Origin: Nemertoderma westbladi
Lineage: Eukaryota > Animalia > Xenacoelomorpha
Assembly: GCA_032718475.1 (NCBI GenBank)
Contig: JAUCBJ010000933.1
Span: forward strand, 1-64,000
Length of the DNA: 64,000 nucleotides
Direction: 5' to 3'
The first letter of the stretch is position 1. Each line of letters begins with the position of its first letter. Positions 1 through 13,881 of this stretch are shown here, in pieces. Both the position numbers and the translations under genes were made by a program. Below the pieces are notes generated by a model that had not been told where the DNA came from, did no database searches, and was given only the letters and a program-made list of their open reading frames with translations.

Positions 1-164
1 AATGTTAAATTATAAATTACTAGAAAGGAGCAGGTACAGTGGCACTGGCACGTTATTCTAACCAAAACAATAAACTAAAAAAGTCCATAGAACAGATTTT
101 TGTAAGTATATGAATATGGTTATGCATTTCAATATAAAAATGGTGTGTAAACGCTACGCGGACA

Positions 165-3100
165 GCAGACAACCGCGACAACGTTAAGATAAAGGAACGG
201 TGCAGGTTACAATGGCACGGGTACGACATTCTACAGACAACCGACAACGTTAAGATAAAGGAACGGTGCAGGTTACTATGGCACGGGTACGACATTCTAC
301 AGACAACCGACAATGTTAAGATAAAGGAACGGTGCAGGTTACATTGGCACGGGTACGACATTCTACAGACAACCGACAACGTTAAGATAAAGGAACGGTG
401 CAGGTTACTATGGCACGGGTACGACATTCTACAGACAACCGACAACGTTAAGATAAAGGAACGGTGCAGGTTACATTGGCACGGGTACGACATTCTACAG
501 ACAACCGACAACGTTAAGATAAAGGAACGGTGCAGGTTACAATGGCACGGGTACAACATTCTACAGACAACCGACAACGTTAAGATAAAGGAACGGTGCA
601 GGTTACATTGGCACGGGTACGACATTCTACAGACAACCGACAACGTTAAGATAAAGGAACGGTGCAGGTTACTATGGCACGGGTACGACATTCTACAGAC
701 AACCGACAACGTTAAGATAAAGGAACGGTGCAGGTTACATTGGCACGGGTACGACATTCTACAGACAACCGACAATGTTAAGATAAAGGAACGGTGCAGG
801 TTACAATGGCACGGGTACGACATTCTACAGACAACCGACAACGTTAAGATAAAGGAACGGTGCAGGTTACATTGGCACGGGTACGACATTCTACAGACAA
901 CCGACAACGTTAAGATAAAGGAACGGTGCAGGTTACAATGGCACGGGTACGACATTCTACAGACAACCGACAACGTTAAGATAAAGGAACGGTGCAGGTT
1001 ACATTGGCACGGGTACGACATTCTACAGACAACCGACAACGTTAAGATAAAGGAACGGTGCAGGTTACAATGGCACGGGTACAACATTCTACAGACAACC
1101 GACAACGTTAAGATAAAGGAACGGTGCAGGTTACATTGGCACGGGTACGACATTCTACAGACAACCGACAACGTTAAGATAAAGGAACGGTGCAGGTTAC
1201 ATTGGCACGGGTACGACATTCTACAGACAACCGACAATGTTAAGATAAAGGAACGGTGCAGGTTACAATGGCACGGGTACGACATTCTACAGACAACCGA
1301 CAACGTTAAGATAAAGGAACGGTGCAGGTTACTATGGCACGGGTACGACATTCTACAGACAACCGACAACGTTAAGATAAAGGAACGGTGCAGGTTACTA
1401 TGGCACGGGTACAACATTCTACAGACAACCGACAACGTTAAGATAAAGGAACGGTGCAGGTTACATTGGCACGGGTACGACATTCTACAGACAACCGACA
1501 ACGTTAAGATAAAGGAACGGTGCAGGTTACAATGGCACGGGTACGACATTCTACAGACAACCGACAACGTTAAGATAAAGGAACGGTGCAGGTTACTATG
1601 GCACGGGTACGACATTCTACAGACAACCGACAACGTTAAGATAAAGGAACGGTGCAGGTTACTATGGCACGGGTACGACATTCTACAGACAACCGACAAC
1701 GTTAAGATAAAGGAACGGTGCAGGTTACATTGGCACGGGTACGACATTCTACAGACAACCGACAACGTTAAGATAAAGGAACGGTGCAGGTTACAATGGC
1801 ACGGGTACGACATTCTACAGACAACCGACAACGTTAAGATAAAGGAACGGTGCAGGTTACATTGGCACGGGTACGACATTCTACAGACAACCGACAACGT
1901 TAAGATAAAGGAACGGTGCAGGTTACAATGGCACGGGTACGACATTCTACAGACAACCGACAACGTTAAGATAAAGGAACGGTGCAGGTTACTATGGCAC
2001 GGGTACGACACTCTACAGACAACCGACAACGTTAAGATAAAGGAACGGTGCAGGTTACTATGGCACGGGTACGACATTCTACAGACAACCGACAACGTTA
2101 AGATAAAGGAACGGTGCAGGTTACTATGGCACGGGTACGACATTCTACAGACAACCGACAACGTTAAGATAAAGGAACGGTGCAGGTTACTATGGCACGG
2201 GTACGACATTCTACAGACAACCGACAATGTTAAGATAAAGGAACGGTGCAGGTTACTATGGCACGGGTACGACATTCTACAGACAACCGACAACGTTAAG
2301 ATAAAGGAACGGTGCAGGTTACTATGGCACGGGTACGACATTCTACAGACAACCGACAACGTTAAGATAAAGGAACGGTGCAGGTTACTATGGCACGGGT
2401 ACGACATTCTACAGACAACCGACAACGTTAAGATAAAGGAACGGTGCAGGTTACTATGGCACGGGTACGACATTCTACAGACAACCGACAACGTTAAGAT
2501 AAAGGAACGGTGCAGGTTACTATGGCACGGGTACGACATTCTACAGACAACCGACAATGTTAAGATAAAGGAACGGTGCAGGTTACTATGGCACGGGTAC
2601 GACATTCTACAGACAACCGACAATGTTAAGATAAAGGAACGGTGCAGGTTACAATGGCACGGGTACGACATTCTACAGACAACCGACAACGTTAAGATAA
2701 AGGAACGGTGCAGGTTACTATGGCACGGGTACGACATTCTACAGACAACCGACAATGTTAAGATAAAGGAACGGTGCAGGTTACAATGGCACGGGTACGA
2801 CATTCTACAGACAACCGACAACGTTAAGATAAAGGAACGGTGCAGGTTACATTGGCACGGGTACGACATTCTACAGACAACCGACAACGTTAAGATAAAG
2901 GAACGGTGCAGGTTACTATGGCACGGGTACGACATTCTACAGACAACCGACAATGTTAAGATAAAGGAACGGTGCAGGTTACAATGGCACGGGTACAACA
3001 TTCTACAGACAACCGACAACGTTAAGATAAAGGAACGGTGCAGGTTACATTGGCACGGGTACGACATTCTACAGACAACCGACAACGTTAAGATAAAGGA

Positions 3101-3666
3101 ACGGTGCAGGTTACAATGGCACGGGTACGACATTCTACAGACAACCGACAACGTTAAGATAAAGGAACGGTGCAGGTTACTATGGCACGGGTACGACATT
3201 CTACAGACAACCGACAACGTTAAGATAAAGGAACGGTGCAGGTTACATTGGCACGGGTACGACATTCTACAGACAACCGACAACGTTAAGATAAAGGAAC
3301 GGTGCAGGTTACATTGGCACGGGTACGACATTCTACAGACAACCGACAACGTTAAGATAAAGGAACGGTGCAGGTTACTATGGCACGGGTACGACATTCT
3401 ACAGACAACCGACAACGTTAAGATAAAGGAACGGTGCAGGTTACAATGGCACGGGTACGACATTCTACAGACAACCGACAACGTTAAGATAAAGGAACGG
3501 TGCTAGGTTACAATGGCACGGGTTCGACATTCTACAGACAACCGACAACGTTAAGATAAAGGAACGGTGCAGGTTACAATGGCACGGGTACGACATTCTA
3601 CAGACAACCGACAACGTTAAGATAAAGGAACGGTGCAGGTTACAATGGCACGGGTACGACATTCTA
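165..3666. repeat. Tandem array of a 60-bp unit, about 58 near-identical copies
   Basis: Unit GACAACGTTAAGATAAAGGAACGGTGCAGGTTAC[AA/TA/AT]TGGCACGGGTACGACATTCTACAGACAACC repeats with 60-bp period and no spacers. The flank at 1-85 matches the TIR interior of the element at 61005-62011. Confidence 0.97.
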
Positions 3667-4049
3667 ACAAAAATATTTATCGAGCGTAAATAGCGCAGAT
3701 ACAGTTTCATTCTTTTTCGTAATAATTGTCCGCTATGGCTGTCTGTGTACAGTAAGCGTAGGGTTACTTTATTTACATTTTGGGAACCTTTTAGGTTTGC
3801 CATACAGCCTACCCTTGTACATTACGTTTATGAATTTGTTTGATACGGTACCGGTAGGCCTACCGGTAAGCTACATGAAAAAAAATTAAAATAGTATCAC
3901 TACCGTACCGTATCTGGCTTTCCACTTCCCTGCTATCTACCAGTCTACTGATATATGTACCAGCCTACAGTCCTAGGCTTACTGCCTACCGACTCCCTCT
4001 TGCTGTCTTGCTACTTGCTTACTGCCCTACTTTATAACCGATAAACGCC

Positions 4050-4691
4050 ATGATGACGGATGAGTTGAAACTCGAGCAGGATGTAACTCGCGCTATCGAA
4101 CTGCTGGACAGTCTCCAGAAGAGCGGGGACCTACCGGTACAGAAACTCGCCGCACTCCAGAAAGTCCTACAAAGCGAATTCTTTACCGCAGTTCGCGAAG
4201 TGTACGAACACGTCTACCAAACGGTTGAAATATCCGGTAGTCCGGAGATCCGCGCTAACGCCACCGCGAAAGCGACGGTCGCCGCGTTCGCAGCATCCGA
4301 AGGCCACGCCCATCCGCGTGTAGTCGAGTTACCCAAAACGGAAGAGGGATTGGGATTCAACGTGATGGGCGGCAGCGAGCAGAACTCTCCTATTTATATC
4401 TCTCGAATCATCCCGAATGGAGTAGCCGCCCGAGAGGGTGGGTTGAAGCGGGGCGATCAGTTGCTTAGCGTCAACGGAGAAAATGTCGAAGGTGAGTCGC
4501 ATGAGAACGCGGTTGAGTTGCTTAAGAAGGCGGTTAGTACAGTTAAACTGGTGGTTAGGTACACTCCCAAGGTGTTGGACGACATGGAGTCGCGTTTCGA
4601 GCAGCAGAGGGTCTCTCGTCGTCGGGCCCAGAGCGGTGGTACCGGTCCCGGGAGCAACGCGGGATCGTTACCGAGACCGGGAAACCCGTAG
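4050..4691 (+). CDS. LIN7: LIN-7/Veli/MALS homolog (L27 + PDZ domain), single-exon CDS
   Basis: 213-aa ORF with L27 region ([12 protein letters not shown]...[17 protein letters not shown]), linker [26 protein letters not shown] and PDZ (GLGFNVMGG...IYISRIIP...[13 protein letters not shown]...VKLVVRYTP), recognised as LIN7 family. Confidence 0.97.
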   Translation: MMTDELKLEQDVTRAIELLDSLQKSGDLPVQKLAALQKVLQSEFFTAVREVYEHVYQTVEISGSPEIRANATAKATVAAFAASEGHAHPRVVELPKTEEGLGFNVMGGSEQNSPIYISRIIPNGVAAREGGLKRGDQLLSVNGENVEGESHENAVELLKKAVSTVKLVVRYTPKVLDDMESRFEQQRVSRRRAQSGGTGPGSNAGSLPRPGNP

Positions 4692-5944
4692 CTGCGTAGG
4701 ACAGTAGGAGAAGGATAGCTTGTAATGGAATGGCTGAGGGGGGAATCGGGAGAGTAGTACCGTATGGGGGGAGGTGTGTGAAGGGGGAAGTTATGGGGAA
4801 CTCAGAATTTGGGGGTGAGGGGGCACTGAAAGTGGGATTATTTTGAGGCTCGTGTCAGTCGTGTCACGCAAAACAGCAAAACCGTAAATATACTGCAAGA
4901 CCTATTCTTATTACCTCTAGGCCTATTGATTTTATTGTTTTCTATGTCTGATTTTCGCCTTTTAAATACTGAAATATAACTAAATGTTCAAAATCAACTC
5001 AAATCGAATTTCTAGAATTAGAACTTCGGCAACAGAAAGTTAGTAATTGGAAACCAATGCGCAATACGTAATCTCGTTTAGACAACCATAAGAAACATTA
5101 TGTTGATCATGTTTGCTTTAAAGAATATTGCAGTTTCACAGCATCAGACTGTCAGAGCTTATAATAATCGACAATGACCTCGAAAATATATATACCGGTA
5201 TTTCTTAAAGATGACGGGTTGTCGATTAAATTTTTTATTATTATTATTCTTATTTTCCGATTGTCGCTACTCTGTGCGGTTTCCCGGTTTTAATTTAGCT
5301 TGCATTTTTTTCTCCAAAATATTCGGGTTTCAGGATATTTCTGAGGGATTGAAAATAATAAAGTCGTGTTTATTTATTTTTAAAAATATATATTTACACA
5401 ATGTTCATGCTGCTTTTCGCGATCCTACCAAACATTAGAAATCCCCCCCCCCCCCCCCCCCCCCCCGGTTAAACCTACTCAGTGAGTAGTACTCACCACC
5501 GCCGTTTCATTTCGAAGCCTGTTGAGTTTTAGTTGATGCTACAATTTCTTCATTTATCTCGGGACTTTTGATTTGTTTTCTTTAACTATTTCTCTCTGAT
5601 GCCATTTAGTATTTATTTGTATTTGGTACCAACGCTTTTAGCTATTGGAACTTTAATGTTATAAAACATTAACTGCTATTTAGTTAGATGGTGAGTGGTT
5701 TGGTTACTATAATTTCAAGTCGCGGTTGAAGGTTATATGAAAAATAAATGTTTTGTAGATAGTTTTTTTTTTACATATTTGTAATAATTATTATTGTGTT
5801 TAGTATCCTTATGCTTATATTGTTTAGGTAGACTATAGTTGTATTTATGTTGAGTTTTTATTGAATTTCTGTATCTATTGCTTAAACATTTACTAGAATT
5901 TATTGATTTATAACGTCCATCATGTTCACTTACATAATTTCTGC

Positions 5945-7830
5945 GCTTGTAAATGTCGGCATTTCTTTCTGGTTAAATGCCGACATTTCTGGGTGCTTAA
6001 ATGCCGACATTTCTGGGTGCTTATATGCCGACATTTCTGGGTGCTTAAATGCCGACATTTCTGGGTGCTTAAATGCCGACATTTCTGGGTGCTTAAATGC
6101 CGACATTTCTGGGTGCTTAAATGCCGACATTTCTGGGTGCTTAAATGCCGACATTTCTGGGTGCTTAAATGCCGACATTTCTGGGTGCTTAAATGCCGAC
6201 ATTTCTGGGTGCTTAAATGCCGATATTTCTGGGTGCTTAAATGCCGATATTTCTAGGTGCAAAAGCTCCGACATTTCTGGGTGCTTAAATGCCGAAATTT
6301 CTGGTTGCAAAAGCTCCGACATTTCTGGGTGCTTTAATCCCGACATTTCTGAGTGCTTAAATGCCGACATTTCTGGGTGCTTAAATGCCGACATTTCTGG
6401 GTGCAAAAGCTCCGACATTTCTGGGTGCTTAAATCCCGACATTTCTGAGTGCTTAAATGCCGACATTTCTGGGTGTGAAATGCTCCGACATTTCTGGGTG
6501 CTTAAATGCCGACATTTCTGGTTGCTTAAAGCTGCCGACATTTCTGGGTGCTTAAATGCCGACATTTCTGGGTGCTTAAATCCCGACATTTCTGAGTGCT
6601 TAAATGCCGACATTTAAGGGTGCGAAAATGCCGAGATTTGTGGGTGCTTAAATGCCGACATTTCTGGGTGCTTAAATGCCGACATTTCTGGGTTCAAGAG
6701 CTCCGACTTTTAAGGGTGCTTAAATGCCGACATTTCTGGGTGCAATGCCGACATTTAAGGGTGCCGACATTTCTGGGTGCTTAAATGCCGACATTTCTGG
6801 GTGCTTAAATGCCGACATTTCTGGGTTCAAGAGCTCCGACTTTTAAGGGTGCTTAAATGCCGACATTTCTGGGTGCAATGTCCGACATTTCAGGGTGCCG
6901 ACATTTCTGGGTGCTTAAATGTCGACATTTCTGGGTGCTTTAATGCCGACATTTCTGGGTGCTTAAATGCCGACATTTCTGGGTGCTTAAATGCCGACAT
7001 TTCTGGGTGCTTAAATGCCGACATTTCTGGGTGCTTAAATGCCGACATTTCTGGGTGCTTAAATGCCGACATTTCTGGGTGCTTAAATGCCGACATTTCT
7101 GGGTGCTTAAATGCCGACATTTCTGGGTGCTTAAATGCCGACATTTCTGGGTGCTTTAATGCCGACATTTCTGGGTGCTTAAATGCCGACATTTCTGGGT
7201 GCTTAAATCCCGACATTTCTGAGTGCTTAAATGCCGACATTTCTGAGTGCTTAAATGCCGACATTTCTGGGTGCTTAAATGCCGACATTTCTGGGTGCTT
7301 AAATGCCGACATTTCTGGGTGCTTAAATGCCGACATTTCTGGGTGCTTAAATGCCGACATTTCTGGGTGCTTAAATGCCGACATTTCTGGGTGCTTAAAT
7401 GCCGACATTTCTGGGTGCTTAAATGCCGACATTTCTGGGTGCTTAAATGCCGACATTTCTGGGTGCTTAAATGCCGACATTTCTGGGTGCTTAAAGCTGC
7501 CGACATTTCTGGGTGCTTATATGCCGATATGTCTGGGTGCTTAAATGCCGATATTTGTGGGTGCTTAAATGCCGACATTTCTGGGTGCTTAAATGCCGAC
7601 ATTTCTGGGTGCTTAAATGCCGACATTTCTGGGTGCTTAAATGCCGACATTTCTGGGTGCTTAAATGCCGACATTTCTGGGTGCTTAAATGCCGACATTT
7701 CTGGGTGCTTAAATGCCGATATTTCTCGGTGCTTAAATGCCGATATGTCTGGGTGCTTAAATGCCGACATTTCTGGGTGCTTAAATGCCGACATTACTTG
7801 GTGCTTAAATGCCGTGATTTCTGGGTTTGA
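5945..7830. repeat. Tandem array of a 24-bp unit (GGTGCTTAAATGCCGACATTTCTG), roughly 75-80 copies
   Basis: Visible 24-bp periodicity, more degenerate around 6250-6900. It explains the repetitive ORFs on both strands. Confidence 0.97.
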
Positions 7831-9882
7831 AGTTTGAACTAACAAATTGTTGTATAACTTCATATGGATGACTATATTTTTATTGTGCATAACGTCTGCA
7901 AGTTCTGAAAAAAATATTAAAAGAATTTAGAATTTAGGCCTAAAGTTTTATATTGTCATCCGAAATCCGCATTGCTCAACCAAAATTCATTTAACGTACG
8001 TCCAGTCCGTCAAGTAATAATTCTAATTGTGGTAATTTATATGTTATCGGCTCATCTTTCCTTTGTTTAAACTCCATATTTTTGTTTATTTCATATTTTA
8101 GCCATATTTATTTATACAATATGTTATAAAAGTAAAACCAAACTTATTTACAGAGTAAAATTAATTTATCGTTTGATATTCAATGTTAAACGTCTTTAAA
8201 TTATAACACCGGCGTCTAATAATAACGCGTGAACTTTCTCCTCCACTTCTCTTCCAGGATTTAATTATTTACCATTTAACATGTTTAGTAGTTTGACAGC
8301 TCGTTTCAGCTTAGCATAATTAGTCAAAAACGGCACGTTTGTATTTCAATCCATTAAAAAAACTAGTAAATGGGATAGGGGTAATCTTCCTATGCCAATT
8401 TTATTTAATTTTAAATAAATATTACAAAGCTATTCCTATAGTGAGTAAAAGCAAAGGGAAATCCACAACATCAACAACAACAAGAAACATGTGGCTATAT
8501 AATTATATACTAGAGGTCACGGCTACGCGGACTTAACCGGTTATGTTAGCAATTATTACATTGTTCGCCATCTACCGGTAAATAGCTGATATTGCTAATA
8601 TCGTACAGGTTGTAGTTGTAAGCTGTAGGCCTACTACACATGAGACGTGATTATAATCTTATCTTTCGTACACTAGCTCAGCAGAGTTGTTTTATTGTTT
8701 TATCATAAATTAACGGCTGATTTTTGTTGAAATCGTTGAATCAACATCTACAACTATTTTAAATCAGGGTTGTGTAAAAAATGGAGAATTCAGGGAAAAC
8801 TCAGGGAATTTGATATAGAGGCCAAACGGCTATTCGAGTGCTGGTCTAAGCAGCGTATAGACTTGCGATGGCTGGGTGATGCCATCCAGGTATATAAACT
8901 CATTATTTAATTGAACTGTATCCTGTTAATTTGAGTTCATGTGCGACGCGCGAATCTCTTACTGCCTTTTATGTGCAATGTTTACAACCTTTTTCATAAT
9001 ATTATAAATGGATCTTGTCATCAGAGAAAATGTGTCAAATATTATCTGCTATCTTGCCATTCTATCTATCTCGCCATTCCATTTCCTAACATCACCAAAT
9101 ATATATATACATAATATAATATACTATGTAATAATATAATAATAATATAATATGTATATATATACAGGTGCACTCTATTCGCTCTTTTGTCAGTAATTGG
9201 TGTTTGAAATATGTTTTGGGTTTTATAAAGATGGTTTGCCCGGGGCTACTTTTTGTGGTCAATTTATATACGCTGATTCAAAATATCAAAACTGTTTTTG
9301 ATCGATCAACCGTTAAAAATGAGCAGGACTTTTAAATTATTGTCAAATTGTATTTGTGTCTTTTTTATGTAAATTTCTGTAGTGACCACACTGCCAGCTA
9401 GCTGATGGAGTGGTCACCGCTTTACTTCTAATGGGTGGTCCCGGCTTCATTCCCATGCCGAGCCAGCTACAATTCTTTACGTAATGTAAATTTGGTAAAA
9501 AAATAATCGAGGCCAAGTTAACCTTTATAGCTTCTTTGGCACAGGTAAATTGCCCCTATTACGGATATTTTGCCAATAAGGAATTTCTTCAGGAAATACA
9601 ATTTCTCCATCAGCATATAGAAGAAACGAGATTACAGATTTTCCTATTGTCATTCCAAAAATGAAATTCACTTACTTATATCTACAACATAACGGTTTGT
9701 CTGTCTCAGAGGTAGCCTTGAGATGGACCCGTTTCTATATAGTATATTTTCTATATTGCAACCCACTTTGTGGAATAAAATCGCAAACCAGAATAAGTGC
9801 CGCTCATTATATTAAAGTCATTGTTCAAAACTTTTTTATTTGATAAAATATTTTTATAACTCATTAGTTAATTCACTATATA

Positions 9883-9965
9883 AGCAGCAGCTTGGTCTAG
9901 TGGTGACATTCCTGGGCGCTGGGCTCCAATCAGGAGGCAGTGGTTCGATCCGTGGTGGTGACCAG
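9883..9965 (+). mobile_element. tRNA-derived SINE head or tRNA pseudogene
   Basis: A-box-like TGGTCTAGTGG and B-box GGTTCGATCC at tRNA-like spacing; no clean cloverleaf. Confidence 0.5.
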
Positions 9966-12900
9966 GAATTCCTTGGTTTAACGAGCCTAAAAGATTCCCC
10001 TATTCATAATTAACTATTTAAGATATGGGTGAGAGAACTCATTACATTAACTGTTTAACCAATCATTTATCTGTTAAATGTTCTATTGAACTGCTCTTTT
10101 CCCTAAAATTGGTAATTTATTAATTCGCTGAGATGAGATATTTGTTCTCCGAATTGAGATTTAAGTCTATAGCCCATCTCCGCAGGAGAAAGTAAACAAC
10201 GAAATGTAGGATCGCATTGTGCCAATGCGTTGCAAGAAATTGTAATCCATAAATCAATATACCACACTCATAGAGAGTCGCTTTGTTCGAGGAGGGGAAT
10301 GGGGGTCATTGATTTATACTCTTTCGATATTTATTCTCTCGAAATGTTTTGTCCTCAAGTAGTAGTACGCGGCCTTCACCTTTTCATTTAATCTTTCCAT
10401 ATCGATCCATTATAACTACTACCATTTAAGTAGTTATTTAAATGTACATGGCAACGCAACCGAATCAACAGCAATTAATGCATGGGTGTGACCTTGGATA
10501 CTCTTATGTGCTCCGTTTCTGGGGTATGCCACGATTCTATAATAAATTAACAATGTTAAGGTTAAAACTATGATTTTATTGTGAGAAACATAAGAGGTCC
10601 TCTTGAGAAGCACGGCACGTGCGCCATATGATAATAATAACAGAATAAATCAACATTACCTATTCTATTCCATTATCAAGATTTATGGTGATTGCCCTTC
10701 GTAGCAAATTACGCCTTGGCACGTGTACATACGTTCCCTCGCAAAAACATTTGACAAAATCGATAGAAATCCTTTGTGTTTACAACCGTTGCCTTTCTTC
10801 TTGAGTGAAGTTAGGCATCCGAATACAAGTTAACGCTATCTTATTAAAAGCTTCTCAGATTGGCGCTGTAACTAACTGGGTGTAATTGCCATGATGCTTA
10901 TACTAATTCTATTCAGCTCACGTGCCAATGCAATGTGGCCATGGTATGATTTAAGATGGGGAAGTTACCGCATTGACAGGTTAAAGCTTCTTATCAAAGG
11001 ACAGGAGTAAAAAGAATGAAGGGATTAAGAATTGATTATCAGTACAAGAGAGGGCAAGGGGAGAGAGAGGCTCAATTCGCCTCAGGCATTATACTGTATG
11101 CCAAGTTCTAGAGTCGGTGCGTTGAAACACATTAAAATCCTTTACCCCTACGGGGATTATGTAAAGTTACCAATCACTCAAATAGTCACATTCGTTCTCG
11201 TTCAAGAAGTAATAATACCACATGCTTTGTCCTCGCTGATGATCCTATCAGCACGCCACAGAGTAAAGGCAAGCGCTGAGAATCCTTTGCCTGTGTTTAG
11301 TTGTTTGTCACATTTCAATGATAGGTGATTAGAAGCCATGCTTTTTACTTGATGGCCTCCTGATGGCTTACTGATAAAATGAAGCAAAGTAATCCGTTGA
11401 CCGTAAATAATTCGGATGCTAGTGAATATGGAATGGCCTGCTTCCATGCCCCATTCTCTTTGTGCCCTGAGGGCATTGCTAGCTGCCTCATTTCGAATGT
11501 AATTTCCGGTCAGCATTTTATCCTGGGATTTTGTTAATTGGCACCATCACCACAGGGGACGCATTGCGGCTTCTGCTTTACCTTAATGAACCTACTAACC
11601 ATAACGAATTATCTCACATTAATAACACTGATAAATTTTCTTCCAACAATTTCTTTAGGAATAAATTTTCATAAAGTCATTGACAGGTAATCGGAAATGA
11701 AAAGAACCTTTTGAAAAGGTTTCACTATATTGTTAGGCATCAACGTAATTCCCTTCGGGATATTATTTGTAGGTCAATGACTCCTACGATGAAGCGTGCT
11801 CGAATAAGAAACAAACTCATTATTTCGATTAATCGAAATAATGTTGATTCATCATCAACACATTAAGGTTTTCCCCGTTAATTGTTAAAATCCCCGCTCT
11901 GAGCTCGCTCTGCAGGAAGCATCGTTTGAACTAGATTACACAATATATAATTATAGAAATTACTGAATTGTTGACAATATTGTGATTGGAAGAAATAAGA
12001 TGAAACTCGCTTGGCCTATAGATTATATTTGGTGCCTGTGTCCCAAGGACTTTATATTATGGCGAAAGCTATTAGTTGACACCCCACAATCCGATCTATC
12101 TCACGGTGCGGACCGCAGATATCCTTTTATACTGAGAGGTGAGAACGACCTCCCGATAGGCGGGTGGTAACTTTTAATAATCTAAATAACTAACTAATTG
12201 GTACCCCACCCTGAAACCGCAACGACACGTTTACTCCTTCATTTCGGTAACAAACAATATAAGTGAAAAATAATATTAAGATTTTAATTTGTTTGCATTT
12301 TTATTTTAGAATGGAAAGATGCCTAATTTAATTAACGCAAATATTGTTTTTTAATTGGAAATATCCTCTTATTTGAAAAATTAAATTTTTCTCACAAATA
12401 TTTTTAAAAATTAGTGAATTAATGAAACTTTTTTTTCACTAATTTTCCAAAAAATGAGTTAAATAAAATATTTTTTCACTAATTTTTCTATCATGATCGA
12501 TCTGGATGAATTTAAACATCTGGACGTATTCCACAATTTTAATGAGGATGACGCTTCGTGTTTTGGGAGCTTCGGGTCCTACGAATTACCTTAAAACAGT
12601 TCAAAAATACCTTATTTAAGGTAAGGGAACGGAGCAGGTTACAATGACTACGTTTTTTCTAATCAAAACAATAAACGAGAGACAGGACCACATTTTGTGG
12701 TGTTTTTAGATACAGTAATTGGTCATTTTACAATGTTTTTCGGTAAACAGAGTGGTTTAATTAATAATAATGCAATGCAGTATATATTTAATTAATGATA
12801 AATGCAAAATGAAAATTATATTTCGGCATTAATTATATTACAGCATTTTCAACATCACTTTTAATGGAAATTAATTATTTTATAGTATAAGATATAAATA

Positions 12901-13139
12901 ATTATACTTTAAGATTATACAGCTGTAATCCCCATACCTCATTCCATTATAGTTTTTAATTAGTTCAATTAGATTTGCTTTACGAAATGTGTTTTTAATG
13001 GATCTAAACGTAATTAAGTTATCAAAATGCATTCCATCACTCTATACTTCCAGCTCCATCATTCCTTGGCATACTTGCTATTGCCTATTTAGTTCGGAAC
13101 CAGTCCAATCATTTCACCATTACTTGGCAACGGGTAATT

Positions 13140-13881
13140 TTTTTTTTTTTTTTTTAATGTACACCCCCTTTCGGGGTAAAATTGAAATGCACAGATAATA
13201 TTTATAAATTTGCACTACGTTGCACGATATTAATAAATCTCCACAGATATTTAAACCAAACATTGTTCTGGAATACCGATTGTTCAGGCGCGAACGGGAG
13301 GATAACTTTATTGCGGAGGGCTTCAGTAACGGACCAGGATTCACTAGCTCTACATGGAAGGCACCCGGTCAGAAATACCATTCGTTAGTCATGCGCACAA
13401 CGGCCCATGGTTTCCACCACAAGTTGTGTTGCAACCGCCAGCCCTTCCACACACGATCGCCACAGTGTGTGTGTAGTTTCTGTGCGCTCTCCTGCGAGGA
13501 CCGCTACCATTTACTCACGTGTACTTCGACCCCACCCTTGTCCCAGCGAGCCAATCTGCCATAACATAATTTTCATATTTTATCTCGAAGTTTACTGACC
13601 GGCCTTTTAATAAATAAATAAACTCATTATTAAGTCACAAACTCGTTGCCTTTTATAGAAATACCATGTCCTCCCCGCCAGCACACGCCCATTTTATTTG
13701 TAGTAATTTTAATTTCATTGACCGCCCTTTTAATAAACAAATAAAGCTCATATTTTGTAGTTAACAGTTATATTTAGGCCTTTTAAAATTACATTCATTC
13801 ATAATATAATTCCAGCATATATATACCGGTAAATTAAATATTCGATAGTTATTAATGTAGTGCAAATTTATAAATATTATC
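13140..13881 (-). mobile_element. Retroposed poly(A)-tailed insertion with 14-bp TSD, containing an oppositely oriented LINE 3' fragment
   Basis: Direct repeat GGCAACGGGTAATT at 13126-13139 and 13882-13895; T-run follows the left copy; internal + strand ORF ends in a CCHC-like motif (CSFCALSCEDRYHLLTC). Confidence 0.65.

Noticed and set aside
53-3481. 1142-aa minus-strand ORF with a 20-aa Cys/His repeat
   Set aside because: It follows automatically from a 60-bp unit with no stop in one frame; there is no unique domain or credible start.
165-3666. CRISPR-like array
   Set aside because: Contiguous repeats with no unique spacers, no cas genes and a eukaryotic context.
5443-5466. Poly-C tracts (also ~44728, 55907, 60268, 60937)
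   Set aside because: Simple homopolymers, several next to repeat fragments; G-quadruplex potential alone is not evidence of function.
5903-7890. Overlapping repeat ORFs (CLNADISG, KCRHFWVL, MSAFKHPE)
   Set aside because: Translations of the 24-bp satellite, open in several frames and broken by indels.
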